A DNA stretch of 64,000 nucleotides from positions 312,108,001-312,172,000 of the forward strand of contig OZ024743.1 in assembly GCA_964016885.1 (NCBI GenBank). Direction: 5' to 3'. The position numbers and the translations under genes were made by a program. The notes beneath the pieces were generated by a model. The model was not told the origin of the DNA and ran no database searches. It saw nothing but the letters and a program-made list of their open reading frames with translations. This stretch comes from Eledone cirrhosa. Its lineage: Eukaryota. Each line of letters opens with the position of its first letter. Positions within the stretch are counted from its first letter, which is position 1. Shown piece after piece: positions 1 through 13,740 of the stretch.

Positions 1-929
1 CAAAAAACAAAACAAATACTAATTATTATTTATATCCAGGATGAACAGGTGACAGACAATTGACAGAGACCTGAAACACACCAACAAAAGTTAGAATGAT
101 GTTTTGATAGATGCAACTGACTGTGGTTATTGAAGCACTTTGGCTGCTTCATGTGTCTCAAGATGCAGGAGCTTCTAAGTCTAAGTCAATCTTACAGAAA
201 CAATACAAGGTAGAGAGGACTCATCAGTTGTGCCGAAGACATGGCAACCTCTCTAGTGCTGGTGCTATGATAAAATGCACCCAGTACACTCTGTAAAGTT
301 GTAGTGTTGGTGCCGCAATAAAATGTACCTAGTACTCACTGTAAAATAGTAGTGCTGATGCCACAATAACATGCCCCCACTACACACTCTAAAGTGACAG
401 TACTGGTGCCACAAAAAAATACACCCAGCACACACTGTAAAGTGTGCCATGATAAAATACAACCAGTACACTATGTTAAACAGTTGCCATTAGGAAGGGC
501 ATCAAGCCATAGAAACCATTCCAATATATGGAACATATAAGCAAGGCATGGTATCTGAATTGTCTTGTCTCAGGCCATGACTATCTGTGAAACCTAAAAC
601 CACCAAATATGTAGATATAAAATAAAATGATGATGACTATAACTTGATACCAAGAATTCATCACATATGACGTCTAATGACAGTATGAACCATAATACAC
701 AGTAAATATTATATATCAAATCATATAGGTAATGGATGTATTTTATCATGGCACCAACCAACACAATTTTATGAGGTTCTTATTTAAATAAAATTTTTCC
801 AAATTATTAATAATTTTAGCAAATCCCTCAAATTCTTCATTAATTGAAATAGAGGGCATTTCATAAGAAATAAAATCACAAAAGGATTTGTTATTTCTAG
901 ATTTGTTACTTCCAAGAAGTTTAAGGCAT

Positions 930-1050
930 TTATTTTGCATCCATTCTTACCATTAACTACTCGTGTGTATCTTACGAAGTCCCTCTTCTCTGTAAGCCTG
1001 CCTATGATGCCATTACACCTCTTGTGTGTCCATAGTTCCCACTGCATACA
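930..1050 (-). mobile_element. RTE LINE fragment (PHD region)
   Basis: LWTHKRCNGIIGRLT, similar to WVHKRCSGI in the intact copies. Confidence 0.7.
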
Positions 1051-1708
1051 CTATATGAAATGTTAACCAACTATTTTTCTGCATATTGAACAGTCATCTA
1101 TTTTCCCAGTGAGTCGAGATATCTCTCTTGCTAATTAAAACCTTATCATAAATAGGTAAATTTTAATGGCTCTTATTCCTTAGTAACACTTTAATATAAA
1201 AAATATTTCCCCTTTTTGTATGATGGAGAAAAAAAAAATGTTCTCAGATTAGCCATAAAGGGAAATAACATTACAATAATAAATAGAGTTGTCTCCCTAT
1301 ATATTATAACACTTTTTGGAATTAAATTTAGTTTTATAATATAGAGTTCAATCAACAAGATCCAAGACCTCCTCGTTCGCTTACTGAGTTGGATGAAACT
1401 CGTCAAATCAGACCATGGAAACAATGTTTCCATTGGTCTTTCCATTGCCAATACTATCTACCGGTTGCAACTTCTGGCAGAAGTTTTATAATAGAATACC
1501 TTTAATTTAAAATGTATATATCTGAATTTCACCCATCTATCATAAATTTTAAGAACTTTTTGTTAAATTATGTGCCAAATGCCAGCTAATAATGAACATT
1601 TCAGTTTCTTTACAAAATACTCCAAATTCTTCATTATCTTCAGAATTAATTCGTGGACAATGAATTTAGTTAGGAAGTCAGAAAAATATAGAATTAGCTA
1701 TAGTTTAC

Positions 1709-1831
1709 CTTGTCTGCGACTGGTACTTCTTGTTTCAGGAGTTGTTGTCTTTACCATATCTGAAGTGCTACTAATTCGGTGTTTAATAAATGTGGTAGTG
1801 GTAGTTACTGGTTTACTTGACATACTGCGTC
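1709..1831 (-). CDS. IL-17R-like gene, exon 9 (Ser/Thr-rich stalk); gene continues beyond window start
   Basis: ttttgtgtcag| acceptor, |GTAAAC donor, 123 nt, phase 1 to 1. RSMSSKPVTTTTTFIKHRISSTSDMVKTTTPETRSTSRRQ. A minus-strand pyrimidine tract at 1-20 suggests the next acceptor lies just outside the window. Confidence 0.85.
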
Positions 1832-1899
1832 CTGACACAAAAACAAAATGATAATAACAACATTTTCTTTATTTTAAATCATTATTTCAGTTGGCCACA

Positions 1900-2100
1900 T
1901 AAACCTAAGACGCTGAGAGAGAGAACAAGGGCAAAATAGGAAAAAAGACATTTGGCATTCTTGCTATCAGAACGGAGTGCTGCCAGATGGTTTGAGCCCC
2001 GTGAGGTGGAGTGGCTGTTCCAGTACATCTCCCTCGCCGTCCTCTGGGACAATGTATTTTCCATCCTGTCAGCTGGGACTACGAGGCAGACAACATATTA
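1900..2100 (+). mobile_element. 3' remnant of a CRE-like (RLE-type) non-LTR retrotransposon
   Basis: EPREVEWLFQYISLAVLWDNVFSILSAG resembles the CRE C-terminal 'WLFQRISLAVxRGNA.SIL' motif. Confidence 0.6.
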
Positions 2101-2190
2101 GGATAGGAGTAGGGTGACAGTCATTAAACGAAAACGTTAACAATGCTGACACACACACACACTCAACAATATCTGTAATTATCTTTTTAA

Positions 2191-2398
2191 CCCTTTAGTA
2201 TTTAAACCGGCCGTGTCCGGCCAGAATTCTCTCACCTCTTTCTTTTCAAATCGGCTGTAACCAGCCACTCATACTGATGTTAAGGTATGGTTCTCAAAAT
2301 AAATAATATCAAAATCTCGTAGATTAGATATTATGTGAGATAAAGCCTTTACCATAAAAATACAATAGTATATATAGAGTAATGTAAATGCTAAAGGG
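2191..2398. mobile_element. piggyBac-type MITE
   Basis: TTAA on both sides, TIR CCCTTTAG(T/C)ATTTA. Confidence 0.9.
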
Positions 2399-3144
2399 TT
2401 AATATCTTAACTTCCAACTTGACTTTTCATATCATTCTGGCTTGTACAAAGTAAAAAAGGCGATTCAAAAAATAGTTTGGGATTTACAACAATAACATGA
2501 CCTGCAACCTTATTGAATTGTTTCCCAACTAATGTTCCACCTTTAGAAAATACACCAGGTATATTTTATCATGGCTAGGGAGGTTGTCCTGTCTTTGACA
2601 CACCTGAAGAATACTTTTGACTCTTTGTTTGGAAAGTTTTCTACAGCTGGATGCCCTTCCTATTGCCAACCACCTAGCAGGGTGTATCAGGTGCATGTTT
2701 TGTGGCATCAACACTAGAAATGGGAGGGGGTAATAGGACTGAGGTGGGCAAGAGATGATAAGTATGATTTTATGGGTGTATTACAAGTGTGGCCGGATTT
2801 GACATGGTGATGAGTAGGAGAGTAAGGAGTGACATCCAATAGTGTGGGTGGCAATTGTGGTGATGAAAACAGCAACTAAGAAGGAGTTATGACTGGTGTG
2901 ATAGGATATGAGGGGTGGGCTATAAAGTATTGACCAGTGTGCCAGTATTTATGAGGTCTGCTGCTACTACCAGCACCACCAACACCAGCACCAAGTCCAC
3001 CACCATAACTACCAACAACATCACCACCACAACTACCACTAACACCAACGGCACCAACAACACCATCACCAACACCACCAACTACTGAAACCAATAATAA
3101 AAAAATAATAAAAGTATAAAATAATTATTGAAATAAAAACGAAC

Positions 3145-3235
3145 CTGTATTTTTCTGTGGGCTGCCCATTACGAAAGAAGTTGAGTTCATAGTCTTACAC
3201 AACTGAACTTCACAATCAGCGCTGATGACACTAAC
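3145..3235 (-). CDS. IL-17R-like gene, exon 8
   Basis: gtccttag| acceptor, |GTTCGT donor, 91 nt, phase 0 to 1. VSVISADCEVQLCKTMNSTSFVMGSPQKNT(G). The Cys pair recalls the end of IL-17R FnIII-2. Confidence 0.88.
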
Positions 3236-3927
3236 CTAAGGACATAACATTTATAACAAATGATGATAATGAAAATAAATATGGAAACAAACTAATAGTA
3301 ATATGACCAAAAATTTACAAAGCCTTTTTTGCTACCAACCCACCCCAAAATCACCTCTGGTTCTGTGAAACAAAACCTATTTTAAATGGTTCCGATGTAA
3401 ATTAAAATCTTTCGAAATAATTTGATATAAGAACCATCATAATAATGGTTTTTAATTTAGGCACAAGGCCAACAATTTGGGGGAGGGGAAAGTCAATTAA
3501 ATTGACCCCAGTGCATTACTGGTATGTTATTTTATCGACCCCTGTAAAGATGAAATACAAAGCTAACCTCAGCAGGATCTGAACTCAGAACTCAAAGGCA
3601 CGTAACTCTATGTCAAGAAGCATGTTGTCCACTGCTCTTCCAATAATACCAATCCACCACCTTGAACCATCTTAATAATGAAATTATTAATAATTTTGAT
3701 AAATCCCTCCAAATTCTTCATAAATTAACTAAAATACAGTGTATGTCATTAGAAATATGGTAACAAAGGTTTAAAACTATCAGCTTTGTATAGCAGAACC
3801 AGAGGCAGGCTGGTACCAAAGATATTTAAGAATGATACCAAGGGGTTGATTTTAACAGCATTTTAGTTTGGACTATATAACACATACAGAAAATTTTTTT
3901 TTTCAGGTATAAAAATAAAATAATTAC

Positions 3928-3990
3928 CTGAATTTGATAATTACCAGGCTGAATGTCAGTAAATTCTAGCTCCGTTAAATTACCTGGCAA
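3928..3990 (-). CDS. IL-17R-like gene, exon 7
   Basis: ctttcctcag| acceptor, |GTAATT donor, 63 nt, phase 0 to 0. LPGNLTELEFTDIQPGNYQIQ carries the FnIII 'xxPGxYxIxV' strand. Confidence 0.88.
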
Positions 3991-4397
3991 CTGAGGAAAG
4001 TAGTATACTCATTAGATAGAAATAAATTAGATTTTAGTTTCCTATCAAGGAAATTTAGCAATAAAAACTTGTAATGAATTATCAGAAAATATCTAAAAAT
4101 TGATTTAATTCAAATGTTTATAGTATTTTTACTAGTAGACAAACCATTGCAGTATTAATGTAAATATTTCAATATCTAATGTGATAAAGGCTTAATGTTT
4201 TGTACTTTTCAAGAATGTTTTGCTAATGTGGTTTCTTGTGGTACAGGATATTAAGAATTAAGTAATAATGGTCACTGAATGAGTGTGTGTGTTTGTGCGT
4301 ACACTGTATTCAGTTAACAAAAATCCAAATGAGGAAAATGTTTCTTCTTGCTCCATAATGTATCACGTGTGACCTAACCATAGCATGTGACCTATAG

Positions 4398-4488
4398 GGC
4401 TTCATGAAATATGTGATCTATAGTGCTTCATACACAATTCATGAAATATGTGATCTATAGTGCTTCATACACAATTCATAAAATATGT
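4398..4488. repeat. 38-bp tandem repeat, about 2.3 copies
   Basis: Unit 'ttcatgaaatatgtgatctatagtgcttcatacacaa'. Confidence 0.9.
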
Positions 4489-4744
4489 TTTCTAAACTTA
4501 CTTCTATATCCTAAGAGAGTGTTGAAGTTTGTTTGAAGCATTGTGGAATAATAAAGATGGTCGTTTTGGAAGCCTCAACAATGCAGGTGGGTAAATCTCC
4601 GGGTAACAGAACCAGGTGGTAATGAGAGAGAGATGTAAGATTTACTCATCTGCATTGCTGAGGCTTCCAAAACGGCCATCTTTCTATAACTTAATTAATA
4701 TGTGACAAAAATTTGAAAATTTTCAAACAACACATATAAATATA

Positions 4745-5085
4745 AATTACTTTGATGGATGTGCAGAATGACTGAGCATGGATGTACTGAAAGAGAAACT
4801 GAGTTTAAGAATAATCAGATGTAGTGTGCAAGAGAAAAGACTGCATTGGTAAGGATATGTGATGTGCCTGAATGGTGATCGCTTTGTGAAGAAGTGCCAA
4901 GAAATCCCAGTGGAAGGAAGCCACAGTAGAAGTAGATCAAGGAAGACCTGGGCAGAGGTGGTGAGAGCTGATCTTAAATCAATAAGACTCACAGAGATGA
5001 TGAAGGATCATGCTGTACTGAAAAGGACTCATCCAACCCATGCAAGCATGGATAAACAGACATGATGATGATGATGATGATGATA
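4745..5085 (+). mobile_element. RTE LINE 3' fragment
   Basis: KKCQEIPVEG...RKTWAEVVRADL and (GAT)n tail, homologous to 33850-34150. Confidence 0.85.
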
Positions 5086-5207
5086 ATAACTAATTACATA
5101 TACAGGACTAACACTAATCATATTAGCGCTGCATGCAGTAGATGGAGAGAACCAGTGCAGGAAAAGACTCATCCAACACTTACAAGCATGGAAAATTGGA
5201 CATAAAA

Positions 5208-5221
5208 GGATGATGATGGTA

Positions 5222-5278
<57 letters not shown>

Positions 5279-5365
5279 GTAATGGAGATGGTGATGATGA
5301 TGGTAATAGTGGTGGTGATGATGATAATGATGTTGGTAATGATAATAATGGTGATGATGATGATA
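5208..5365. repeat. (GAT)n microsatellite expanded from a retroposon tail
   Basis: Follows an RTE-type 3' end. Confidence 0.95.
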
Positions 5366-5483
5366 TGTTAAATCAATAAAATGCTCAGCTTTTGAAAGAG
5401 TGAATATATTTAAAAGCTAAATTTACATTGGAATTCCACAGAAAGCTTGTAAAATAAATAAATAAACAGTAAAAGAGGCCTAC

Positions 5484-5665
5484 CTGTTGTTGTTGAACAA
5501 TAACAGAAGTGATTGGATCCGGAATAAGTGTAGGGAACTGGATCAAGCTGACATTATAGCTATCAGCCACATATTGACGGCTTGGTTCAAATACCACATG
5601 AAGGCTATTCTCACTATCTATTGAGACAGCGATTGTTCTTTTCTTGTTCACATTCAGTGAATTGA
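5484..5665 (-). CDS. IL-17R-like gene, exon 6 (FnIII-2)
   Basis: tttttctcctcag| acceptor, |GTAGGC donor, 182 nt, phase 1 to 0. (V)NSLNVNKKRTIAVSIDSENSLHVVFEPSRQYVADSYNVSLIQFP...QQQQ. Confidence 0.9.
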
Positions 5666-6510
5666 CTGAGGAGAAAAACAAACAAACAACAAAATATTCA
5701 TTATTTCAAAGATACTAAATAAAACCTAAAGTATTGTGTTCAGCTTAATTAGTCAAGGCATGTCCCTCTAAATGATTATTTCTGCAAAATTATGCATACA
5801 TTTAATCCTCTATGTCATTTGTACATACGTGATAAACATCTATGTAATTACAAGGAAGGGATGAAAAGTCCATGTGCCGATTATGAAGGAGTGATGTTAG
5901 AGCTGTGAAATCTTGCATGCATTAATTTCAACTCTTCTTATTAATAACTGCATTGATTCTTTCCAGGGACTATGTTCGAAAATAAACCTCCTTTGATCAT
6001 TCCATGAGAGTATCTTGGTCAGCCTATGAACTTTTCAGCCAACCTCCGTATAGAAAAAAAAAATCATGATATTCAAATATAATTTTTATCTTTAATCACT
6101 TCAATGTGTAATCAACATAAATTTTAGGGTTTCTCTTATGCAAACCATTAATTTATCAAAATATACATTTCCCAGTTTGTTTGATTGTTCATGCATCTAC
6201 TAATCCTGGTATATATGGCATACCAATCCTGGACTCCAAAAATTGAATATGTTCCATGTTGTGTGTGTGTGTGAGCGCGCGCGTGCGTGCGGGTGTGTGT
6301 GTGTGTGCGCGCGCACGCGCGCGAAAAGTATGCGAAAAGTAAACAGAAACAAAAAAGCAAGCAATACAATACACTGGAGAAATATATTAGTTTAACCCTT
6401 GAAATAATCATTTTCTGAAGTTATTTTAATTATTTTGGCAAGGATGGGAGACAACTCTGTACATTTTATCGTCAATCAAAGCCTTCCCTAAGTAGTGATG
6501 CGAGAATCAT

Positions 6511-6675
6511 TGGATTGGCAGTATCGGTAGAGAGTCGGACACCATGCTTTGAAGCATAGAGTTACGTCCCTTTATGATCTGAGTTCAAATCCCGCCGAGG
6601 TTAACTTTGCCTTTCATCCTTACGGGGTCGATAAAATAAAGTACCAGTACTTGTGCCTAAAATAGAAACAATTAT
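6511..6675 (+). mobile_element. tRNA-derived SINE family A; copies at 3444-3663, 12397-13023 (x3), 14050-14283, 19805-20025, 29434-29620, 47337-47540, 57944-58116, 60172-60422
   Basis: A-box TGGCAGTATCGG, B-box GAGTTCAAATCC, conserved core GCCTTTCATCCTTACGGGGTCGATAAAATAAAGTACC, (ATT)n tail. Confidence 0.85.
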
Positions 6676-7049
6676 ATATAAGATAGGAAGCTGCTTGACG
6701 TAAAAAATATATTTGATTACATCGAGGGTCCCTGAAGTGGTCGATATCGACCCCCAAGAGTCAAATAGACAAGGTAATTGAGGTAGGCAAGTCGTGAATC
6801 TTATGTGCTATGCTTTCCATAATTTTGACAGGGTTTTTTTCTAACTGGATGCCCTTCCTATCCCCAACCACTTTACACTGTGGTATGGGGCATTATTCGT
6901 GCAACCAGCACCAGGAAGGTTGTCTTATTGGACTTGAGAGTCCTCGCTATCCTATATCAATTTTTATTCAGAATGGCTACTCATCTAGACAGGTTGCCTT
7001 CACTACAGCTTACAGAGTCTACATCTGCCCTATGCAGTCGTTTTTAATC

Positions 7050-9830
7050 AGTCACTACACATTCAGGACCATATCTCTGAGGTTTTCATACTGACTACAT
7101 CATGCGACTGCAATTACCATGTTGAGAAACATTGCAACCGCTTTCCTAGTGTGTGTTGAAGATATGGGTATGGCATACAAAAAATAAAAAGGGAGTCTAG
7201 GGTGCTAGAATTCTGCAATGCATACGACTTAACCATTTGCAACACAAACCTCAGCAAACCAGCCAGCCACTTGATTAGCTACCAATCAGGGGACATACAA
7301 GCCATATCGACTTTATCCTCACCAGGAAATGAAATAAATGAATGGTAACAAATGCCAAGTCTTTCCCTGAGGCAAAAAATGTATGACAACAAATTCAGAA
7401 AATTCTACTTGACACATATGACAGTAAGGATGAGGAGATGGAAACCTAGAGCATAGAGGGAAATTGGCAAATTCTACAAGATAACCTGCTGAAAGCCACA
7501 GACCATGTCTGTGATTGGAGTAAGGTCAAATTAAGACAGACAGTGATGTATTGGTGGAATGATAGGATAGATAGAGCCATAAAAGCAAAGAGATAGGTCT
7601 AGAAAGACTGAAGTTAGGTTAGGCTACTGGTATACTTAACAAGGGGGGAATCAAAAAAGAAGAAATTTGCTCATTCTATGTTGTGAAGATGAAAGGCATG
7701 AAGTGTTCTCAATTGTGACAGTGTATTACAGAAAATTGGAATGGAGTTTGGGAAAAAAAAGTGTCTGAAATGGTAGTGGAGTACTTGTCCTGACTAATAT
7801 CGAAAGAAAGAGGCATAGAAGTCCTGTTCTGAGAAACTACCAAACAAAGAAATAAATGAGACAGTGAGGGCCCACTCCCTGTGACAAAACTGAGAGACAA
7901 GCCATAAAAGTTGACAGAAGTGAGATTGACAAAGTGATGATTAAGCATATGAAGGTAGAGAAAGCAGTTGGACCATCCAGCATAGTTGTTGAGATGCTAA
8001 AAACATCCACCATAGTAGTCAGAGTTATAATTAATCAAGTCATATATGACTGTAGCAAAGTAGTATTATTGTAAACTGCTACAAGGGCAAAAGTGACATA
8101 TTAAAGAGAAGTAACTACAGAGGCATAAAGTTGATGGACTGAGTCATGAAAGTTATTGAAAGGGTTATAGCACAACTAATTAGAAACATAATCATGTTAG
8201 ATGAGATGCAGTGTGGATTTATGCCAGTATGAGAGGCTGCTGAATGAAGATAAAAAAATGGAACAGTGAGTGCCTACCCCTTGCAGAACCCTACTGAGGG
8301 ACAGCTATAAAAGTTGAATGCATTGAAAGAGATAAAGCAATTAAGCACAAAAAAGCAGGGAAGGTGATTGGACCATCAAGTGTAGTTGCTGAGATGCTAA
8401 GAGCATCTGGCATGATAAGATATGAGCTGGTCAGACACATGGTTAATCAAGTAGTACAGGAAAGTGTCATACCCAATGACTGGTGCAGCAGTGTCATTGT
8501 AAATGGCTACAAGAGCAAAGGAGATGCACAAGAGAGAAGTAACTACAGAAGCATCAACTTGATGGACCTGGTCATGAAAGTTACTGAAAGGGTTACAGCA
8601 CAACTAATTAGAGACAGAATCAAGCTAGAATCAAGCTAGATGAGATGTAGTTTCAAGTAGGCATACTATCAATACCCTTTTCCTTGTAAGACAACTGCAG
8701 AAGTACTTAGCTAAGAGTAAGCCTCCATACCTAGAATTTATTGATCTAATGGAGGCCTTTTACAGGGCCATCCACTCTGTAATCTTGTGTGTACTTAGAA
8801 ACTGAGGTGAAGACAAATGGCTTGTGAGAGTCATAACAAAGGGTCAGTGTTGGCAGTGACGAATATGTATTGCAGGTGGGGGCCCTCCAGGGCTCAGCCT
8901 TTAGTCAACAGAGAAGTTGAAGACAAGCTGCCCATGGAAACATCTGTATATTGATGATCTAGTTCGTATAGTTGAATCCATGGAAGAATTCCAGGTGAAA
9001 TTCCAGGCATGGAAGAAAAATCTAGAATCAAAAGGCATAAAATTAAACTTAGCAACAACTTAAGAGGAAGGAAGACAGGACTCTGATACCATCTGGGAAA
9101 TGGTCTTCTTTGATATGTTGAAAAAGAAAGGGCAGAAATTCCATAAGGTGTACACAGTGTAATCTATGAATGCACAAAATATGTAGTGGGACGACAGGCA
9201 AATTAACAAAGAAGATAAGCAGATTGTAAAGGAGAAATAAGCAGTAAGAATACATGTGAATTAGATTCTTTAACTACTCAGGAGGCTCTCTAGAAATTGT
9301 GGACAACTTTTATTACATGGGTGACGTAATCAGCAGTGGAATAGGATGCTTTCAAAGTGTAGTAGCCAGAATAAAAACAGTCTGGAAGAAGTTTAGAGTG
9401 GTGGCACCCCCTTCTAACTACTAAGGGCTTCTGTCTCAGAATGAAATTTAGATTGTATGATAGCTGCATAAAAGACTGCAATACTACATGGCTTTGACAG
9501 AAGACTTGCAAATGCTAGAAGAAAATATAGTTAATATACTCTAATGAATGAGTAATGTTAGTGTGCATAAATATGACAGCATAAGTGAACTGAGAGAAAA
9601 ACTAGACATAAGAAGAATCCAGTGTAGTGTGCAAAAGAAAAGACTGTTGATATGGACATGTGATGTATATGGATGATGTCAGATGTATAAGAAATGCAGA
9701 AGAAGAGGTAGACATGAGATAAAGTTGTGAAAACTGACCTTAAGATAATGCTCATGACAATAGATAAGACAAAGGGCCATGAGAATTGGCAAGATGCTGT
9801 ACTGGAGAAGACTTACCAGCATAAAAATGT
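7050..9830 (+). mobile_element. Old degraded RTE LINE with an internal tandem duplication
   Basis: Fragmentary APE/RT similarity (SNYRSINLMD, CPWKHLYIDDL). Segment ~7845-8225 is repeated at ~8245-8650. Confidence 0.85.
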
Positions 9831-10658
9831 GATGACACATCCATGATCCCTGCCCATTGTAACTATCCACACCATTACTATACACCCCACTTTCACCCAT
9901 TTAAATCATAAAGCACAAGTCATAGCTCCTTAGTAGCTGTTTGTATCAAAACTCTACTCCAACACCTCTATGTGAGATCACCTCCTCCTTCCCTCACAAC
10001 TCACACACAAATTCCACCACACCTATCACGCACCCATGACATACTTTCTCACCACTTGACTCTCCACCACAACTATCATACATCTATGTCCCTTACCCAT
10101 AACATACTTTCTATCCACCCCCATTGAGTAGCAAGGGCTCTTCAGTCAGTAGAGCAAATGACTGGCAACCTCTCTAGTGCTGGTGCCATAAAAAATACAC
10201 CCAGTACAGTGGTTGATGATAGGAAGGATATCCAGTCATAGAAAACATATGAAACAAAGGGTCAAAGGGACTCTACAGTTACATCAAGGGCATGAAAATC
10301 TTCCAAGTGCTGGTTCCATGATAAAATTTCCCTAGTGCAATGTGAAGAGATATGTAAGTGAGTATGTACATAAGTGAGATGTAAAATATATCTAACCAAC
10401 TCTGTAAAATGGTAGTGCCAATACCATAAATAAAATGTACTTAGTATATGCTGTAAAATGGTAGTGATAATGCCACAATAAAATGTACCCAGTATATGCA
10501 GTAGAATGGTTGATATTAAGGGCATTCAATCACAGAAACCATGCCAAACTGGAACGTATGAACAGGAAGTGGTCGTCTAACCTGTCTAGTCTCAGTATTT
10601 GGAATATGGGTTAAATTGAATATTAAAAGGGTTAAACTGAATATAAAAAGTTCCATAC

Positions 10659-10776
10659 CATATGCTGTGACAATGTAAGTTGAATTCCCACCAGTAGGAA
10701 GAGCTATAAGTTTCACTTTAAAGACATGAGTCTTAAATTTTTCAAAGCGAGTGAGAAAGTTGTATTGAATGTATCG
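10659..10776 (-). CDS. IL-17R-like gene, exon 5
   Basis: ttttgttttcag| acceptor, |GTATGG donor, 118 nt, phase 0 to 1. RYIQYNFLTRFEKFKTHVFKVKLIALPTGGNSTYIVTAY. Confidence 0.9.
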
Positions 10777-12086
10777 CTGAAAACAAAACAAAATCTGGTT
10801 AGTGGAATATAATAGCAGGATACTTTTTTTACTTGTAACTTTGCAATTTGACTAAAGGAGATGGATAAAAAATATGTACCGGGCTTCACAAAATAAGTAT
10901 TGGGGTTGATATGATCAAATAAAAAATCACTATAAGGTGGTGGTGCCCCAACATGGCCACAGTCTAATGACTGAAACAAGTAAAAGAGTGAGTAAAAACA
11001 GTATTCTTTGACTTCTTGCAGTCAGACTGTGGCCATGTTGGGGCAATGCATTGGGGGGGATTTAGTTCATCAGAACTTAATTTTTCAAGTCTCGTACTTA
11101 TTTCATTAATCCCTTTTTATCAGACTGTTAGGTCACATGATAGAAGCAAACATCATCATCATCATCATTGTTTTACAGACGTTTTTCTATGATTGCATAG
11201 GTTGGATGGCTCTTTTACAGCACATCATTACTCCACTCATAGTAATCCTTTATCAACTCGACTGAGATTCAGTGATTTGAAAGCAGCTCTCACAACCTCT
11301 GTTTACTAAACATAAACAGACATGGACACATACATACACACACATATATGACAGGCTTCCGCACAAATGTGTTAAAGACATCATAACCTATCTAGTACTG
11401 ATGCCATGATAAAATACACCTAATACATTCTGTAAAGTAGTTAGTGATAAGAAGGATAACAATGCCAAAATGAGAACACATGTAAGCAAGACATATGTAC
11501 AGGTTAAAGCAGTTTAGTATTATAAGAAGTCATTTGTTTTTAACATAGGCACAAGGTCAGAAATTTGAGAAAGGTATAAACTGAAATAAATCTCCATGTT
11601 TCAAAGATGAGCATCCCAGTTGTTTAATCAATGGAATAGCCTGCTCATGAAATTAATGTGTAAGTGACTGAGTAAGTACCATTAATGCAATTCTCTGGGA
11701 GATTCAGAATGACACAGTGTGTGACAAGGCTGGCTCTTTCAATTACAGGTACAGTCCATCCAACAGGCTTCCAAACAGTTTCTGTCTACCCAATTTCATT
11801 CACAAGGCATGGGTTCACCCAAGGCTATGGCTGATGACATTTGCCCCAGATGCCATGCAGTGGGATCAAACCCGGGACCTAATGATTGTAAGGCAAACCT
11901 CTTATCCATTCAGCCATGTTTGATGATTTTGACCTCAGTACATTACTGGTAGTCTATTTTATCAACTCCAGAAGGATGAAAAACAAAATTAACTTTGGTA
12001 AGATTTGAACTCTAAAAGTAAAAAGTCCCTAAATTAAAGACATTTTCTCCAACACTAACAATTTATATGAAAGAAAAGAAACTAAC

Positions 12087-12214
12087 CTTTTCATATTTTC
12101 CATCAGGATGAGCACCAAGAGTTTGAAAATCAAATATACGGCATTTGGTGTTTTTTGAAGGCTGGACATCATACTGAATCTTCAGCAGCAAAGCAGTGGT
12201 TTTGTACAAAAATT
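12087..12214 (-). CDS. IL-17R-like gene, exon 4
   Basis: tttctatag| acceptor, |GTTAGT donor, 128 nt, phase 1 to 0. (E)FLYKTTALLLKIQYDVQPSKNTKCRIFDFQTLGAHPDGKYEK. CxxFxF resembles IL17RA CVRFEF. Confidence 0.9.
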
Positions 12215-13189
12215 CTATAGAAATATAACAAAAAAGAAGTATTAACCATTTTGTTACTGTATTTCCAATGAGAGACACTGTCTATGGTTTTGAAATAATT
12301 TTTAATACAATTAAGAATTTGGAGAGATTTAAAATGTCTCAAGAAAGAATCGCTGGACAAACTTTACAAGCAAAATCAACTGGACTTGAGCTCATAATAA
12401 TGGTTTCTGATTTAGGCACAAGGCCAACAATTTTGTGGAAGGGAAAGTCACCACCAGTGACTGGTACTTTATTTTATCAACCCCATAAGGATGAAAAGCA
12501 AAGCTAACCTCAGTGGGATTTGACTTCATAACGTAAAGGGCTGTAACTAAATGCTTCTAAGCATTTTGTCCAATGCTCTAATGATTCTGCCAATCCACTG
12601 CCCTTGAGCTCACAATAATAATTGTTTCTACTATTGGCACAAGGTCATAAATTACCCAGTACATTACTGGTACTTTATTTTATCGACCCCGTAAGGATGA
12701 AAGGCAAAGTTAACCTCAGCGGGATTTGAACTCAGAATGGCAAGGGCCGTAACTCATACTTTCTAACATTGGCACTAGGACAGCAATTAGGGGGAAAGGG
12801 AAAGTCAATTACATAGTCTCAGTACTTATAATAATTGTTTCTACTATTGGCACAAGGCCAGCAATTACCCCAGTGTATTACTGGTGCTTTATTTTATCGA
12901 CCCCATAAGGATGACAGGCAAAGTTAACCTCGGCGGCATTTGAATTCAGAACGTCAAGGGGCATAACTCTATGCTGCAAAGCATGGTGTCTGATGCTCTA
13001 CCGATACTGCCAATCCACCGCCTTATAATAATAATGATTATAATAATCACAACGACAATAACAATGAGAAGTTCTTCTATTGGCCACAAGGGTCCAAGAT
13101 GTTAGGGACAATATGAGGACAAATTACAACACAAAATTGGAGAAAAAGGTTTGAAATTAACAACAATAAATATAGCAATAAAATTCCTT

Positions 13190-13740
13190 CTTCTTCGCCC
13201 ACATATTCCTGGGAGGATCATTGGAGCAGAGTCCTCAAACACTCCTTCTAGTGGTGTCTGTCAGAAGACAACCATCTCCATTTGATCCGATTGTATCACC
13301 AAGCGACACCAGTTGAGCTCATGGATGATATCCAACCATCTTGCTCAGAGTCCACCCTTGGATCTCCTGTCAGTTGGTGTTGCCCATTAAATCTGTCCAA
13401 CAATTCTTTCCTAAGACATTCTAACCTCATTTCCATAATATCAGAGCTGTGATCTCTCAATTCTGAGAAATAGCAGCTCTATCTGGAGTGAGTCTCTGAT
13501 CTCCAAGCTACGCACTCTATCAAGTAATGTCACTCCAAGACGCTTTGAAGAAACCCCATTTCGTCCACTTGTTTTCGCAATCATATTCTTTTGGTTATTA
13601 CCCAAGATTTGTGACCATAGGTAAAGGTTGGCATGAATACCAAATCGAAGATAGTGAGTTTGGCTCTTCACCTACTCCATTTCTTCAGATGACCGAATGC
13701 TGAAGTTTGTGTATTAATGCACCAGATCCTGCAGTAAAAT
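13190..13740 (-). mobile_element. RTE-like LINE 3' fragment, second family
   Basis: GVTLLDRVRSLEIRDSLQIELLFLRIERSQL. Related copies at 52780-53340 and 63045-63670. Confidence 0.8.

Noticed and set aside
2876-3094. Gly-rich ORF; also the His/Thr/Pro-rich ORFs at 59407-60109
   Set aside because: Products of (CCA/CAA)n and minisatellite sequence, and they do not fit the exon phase chain.
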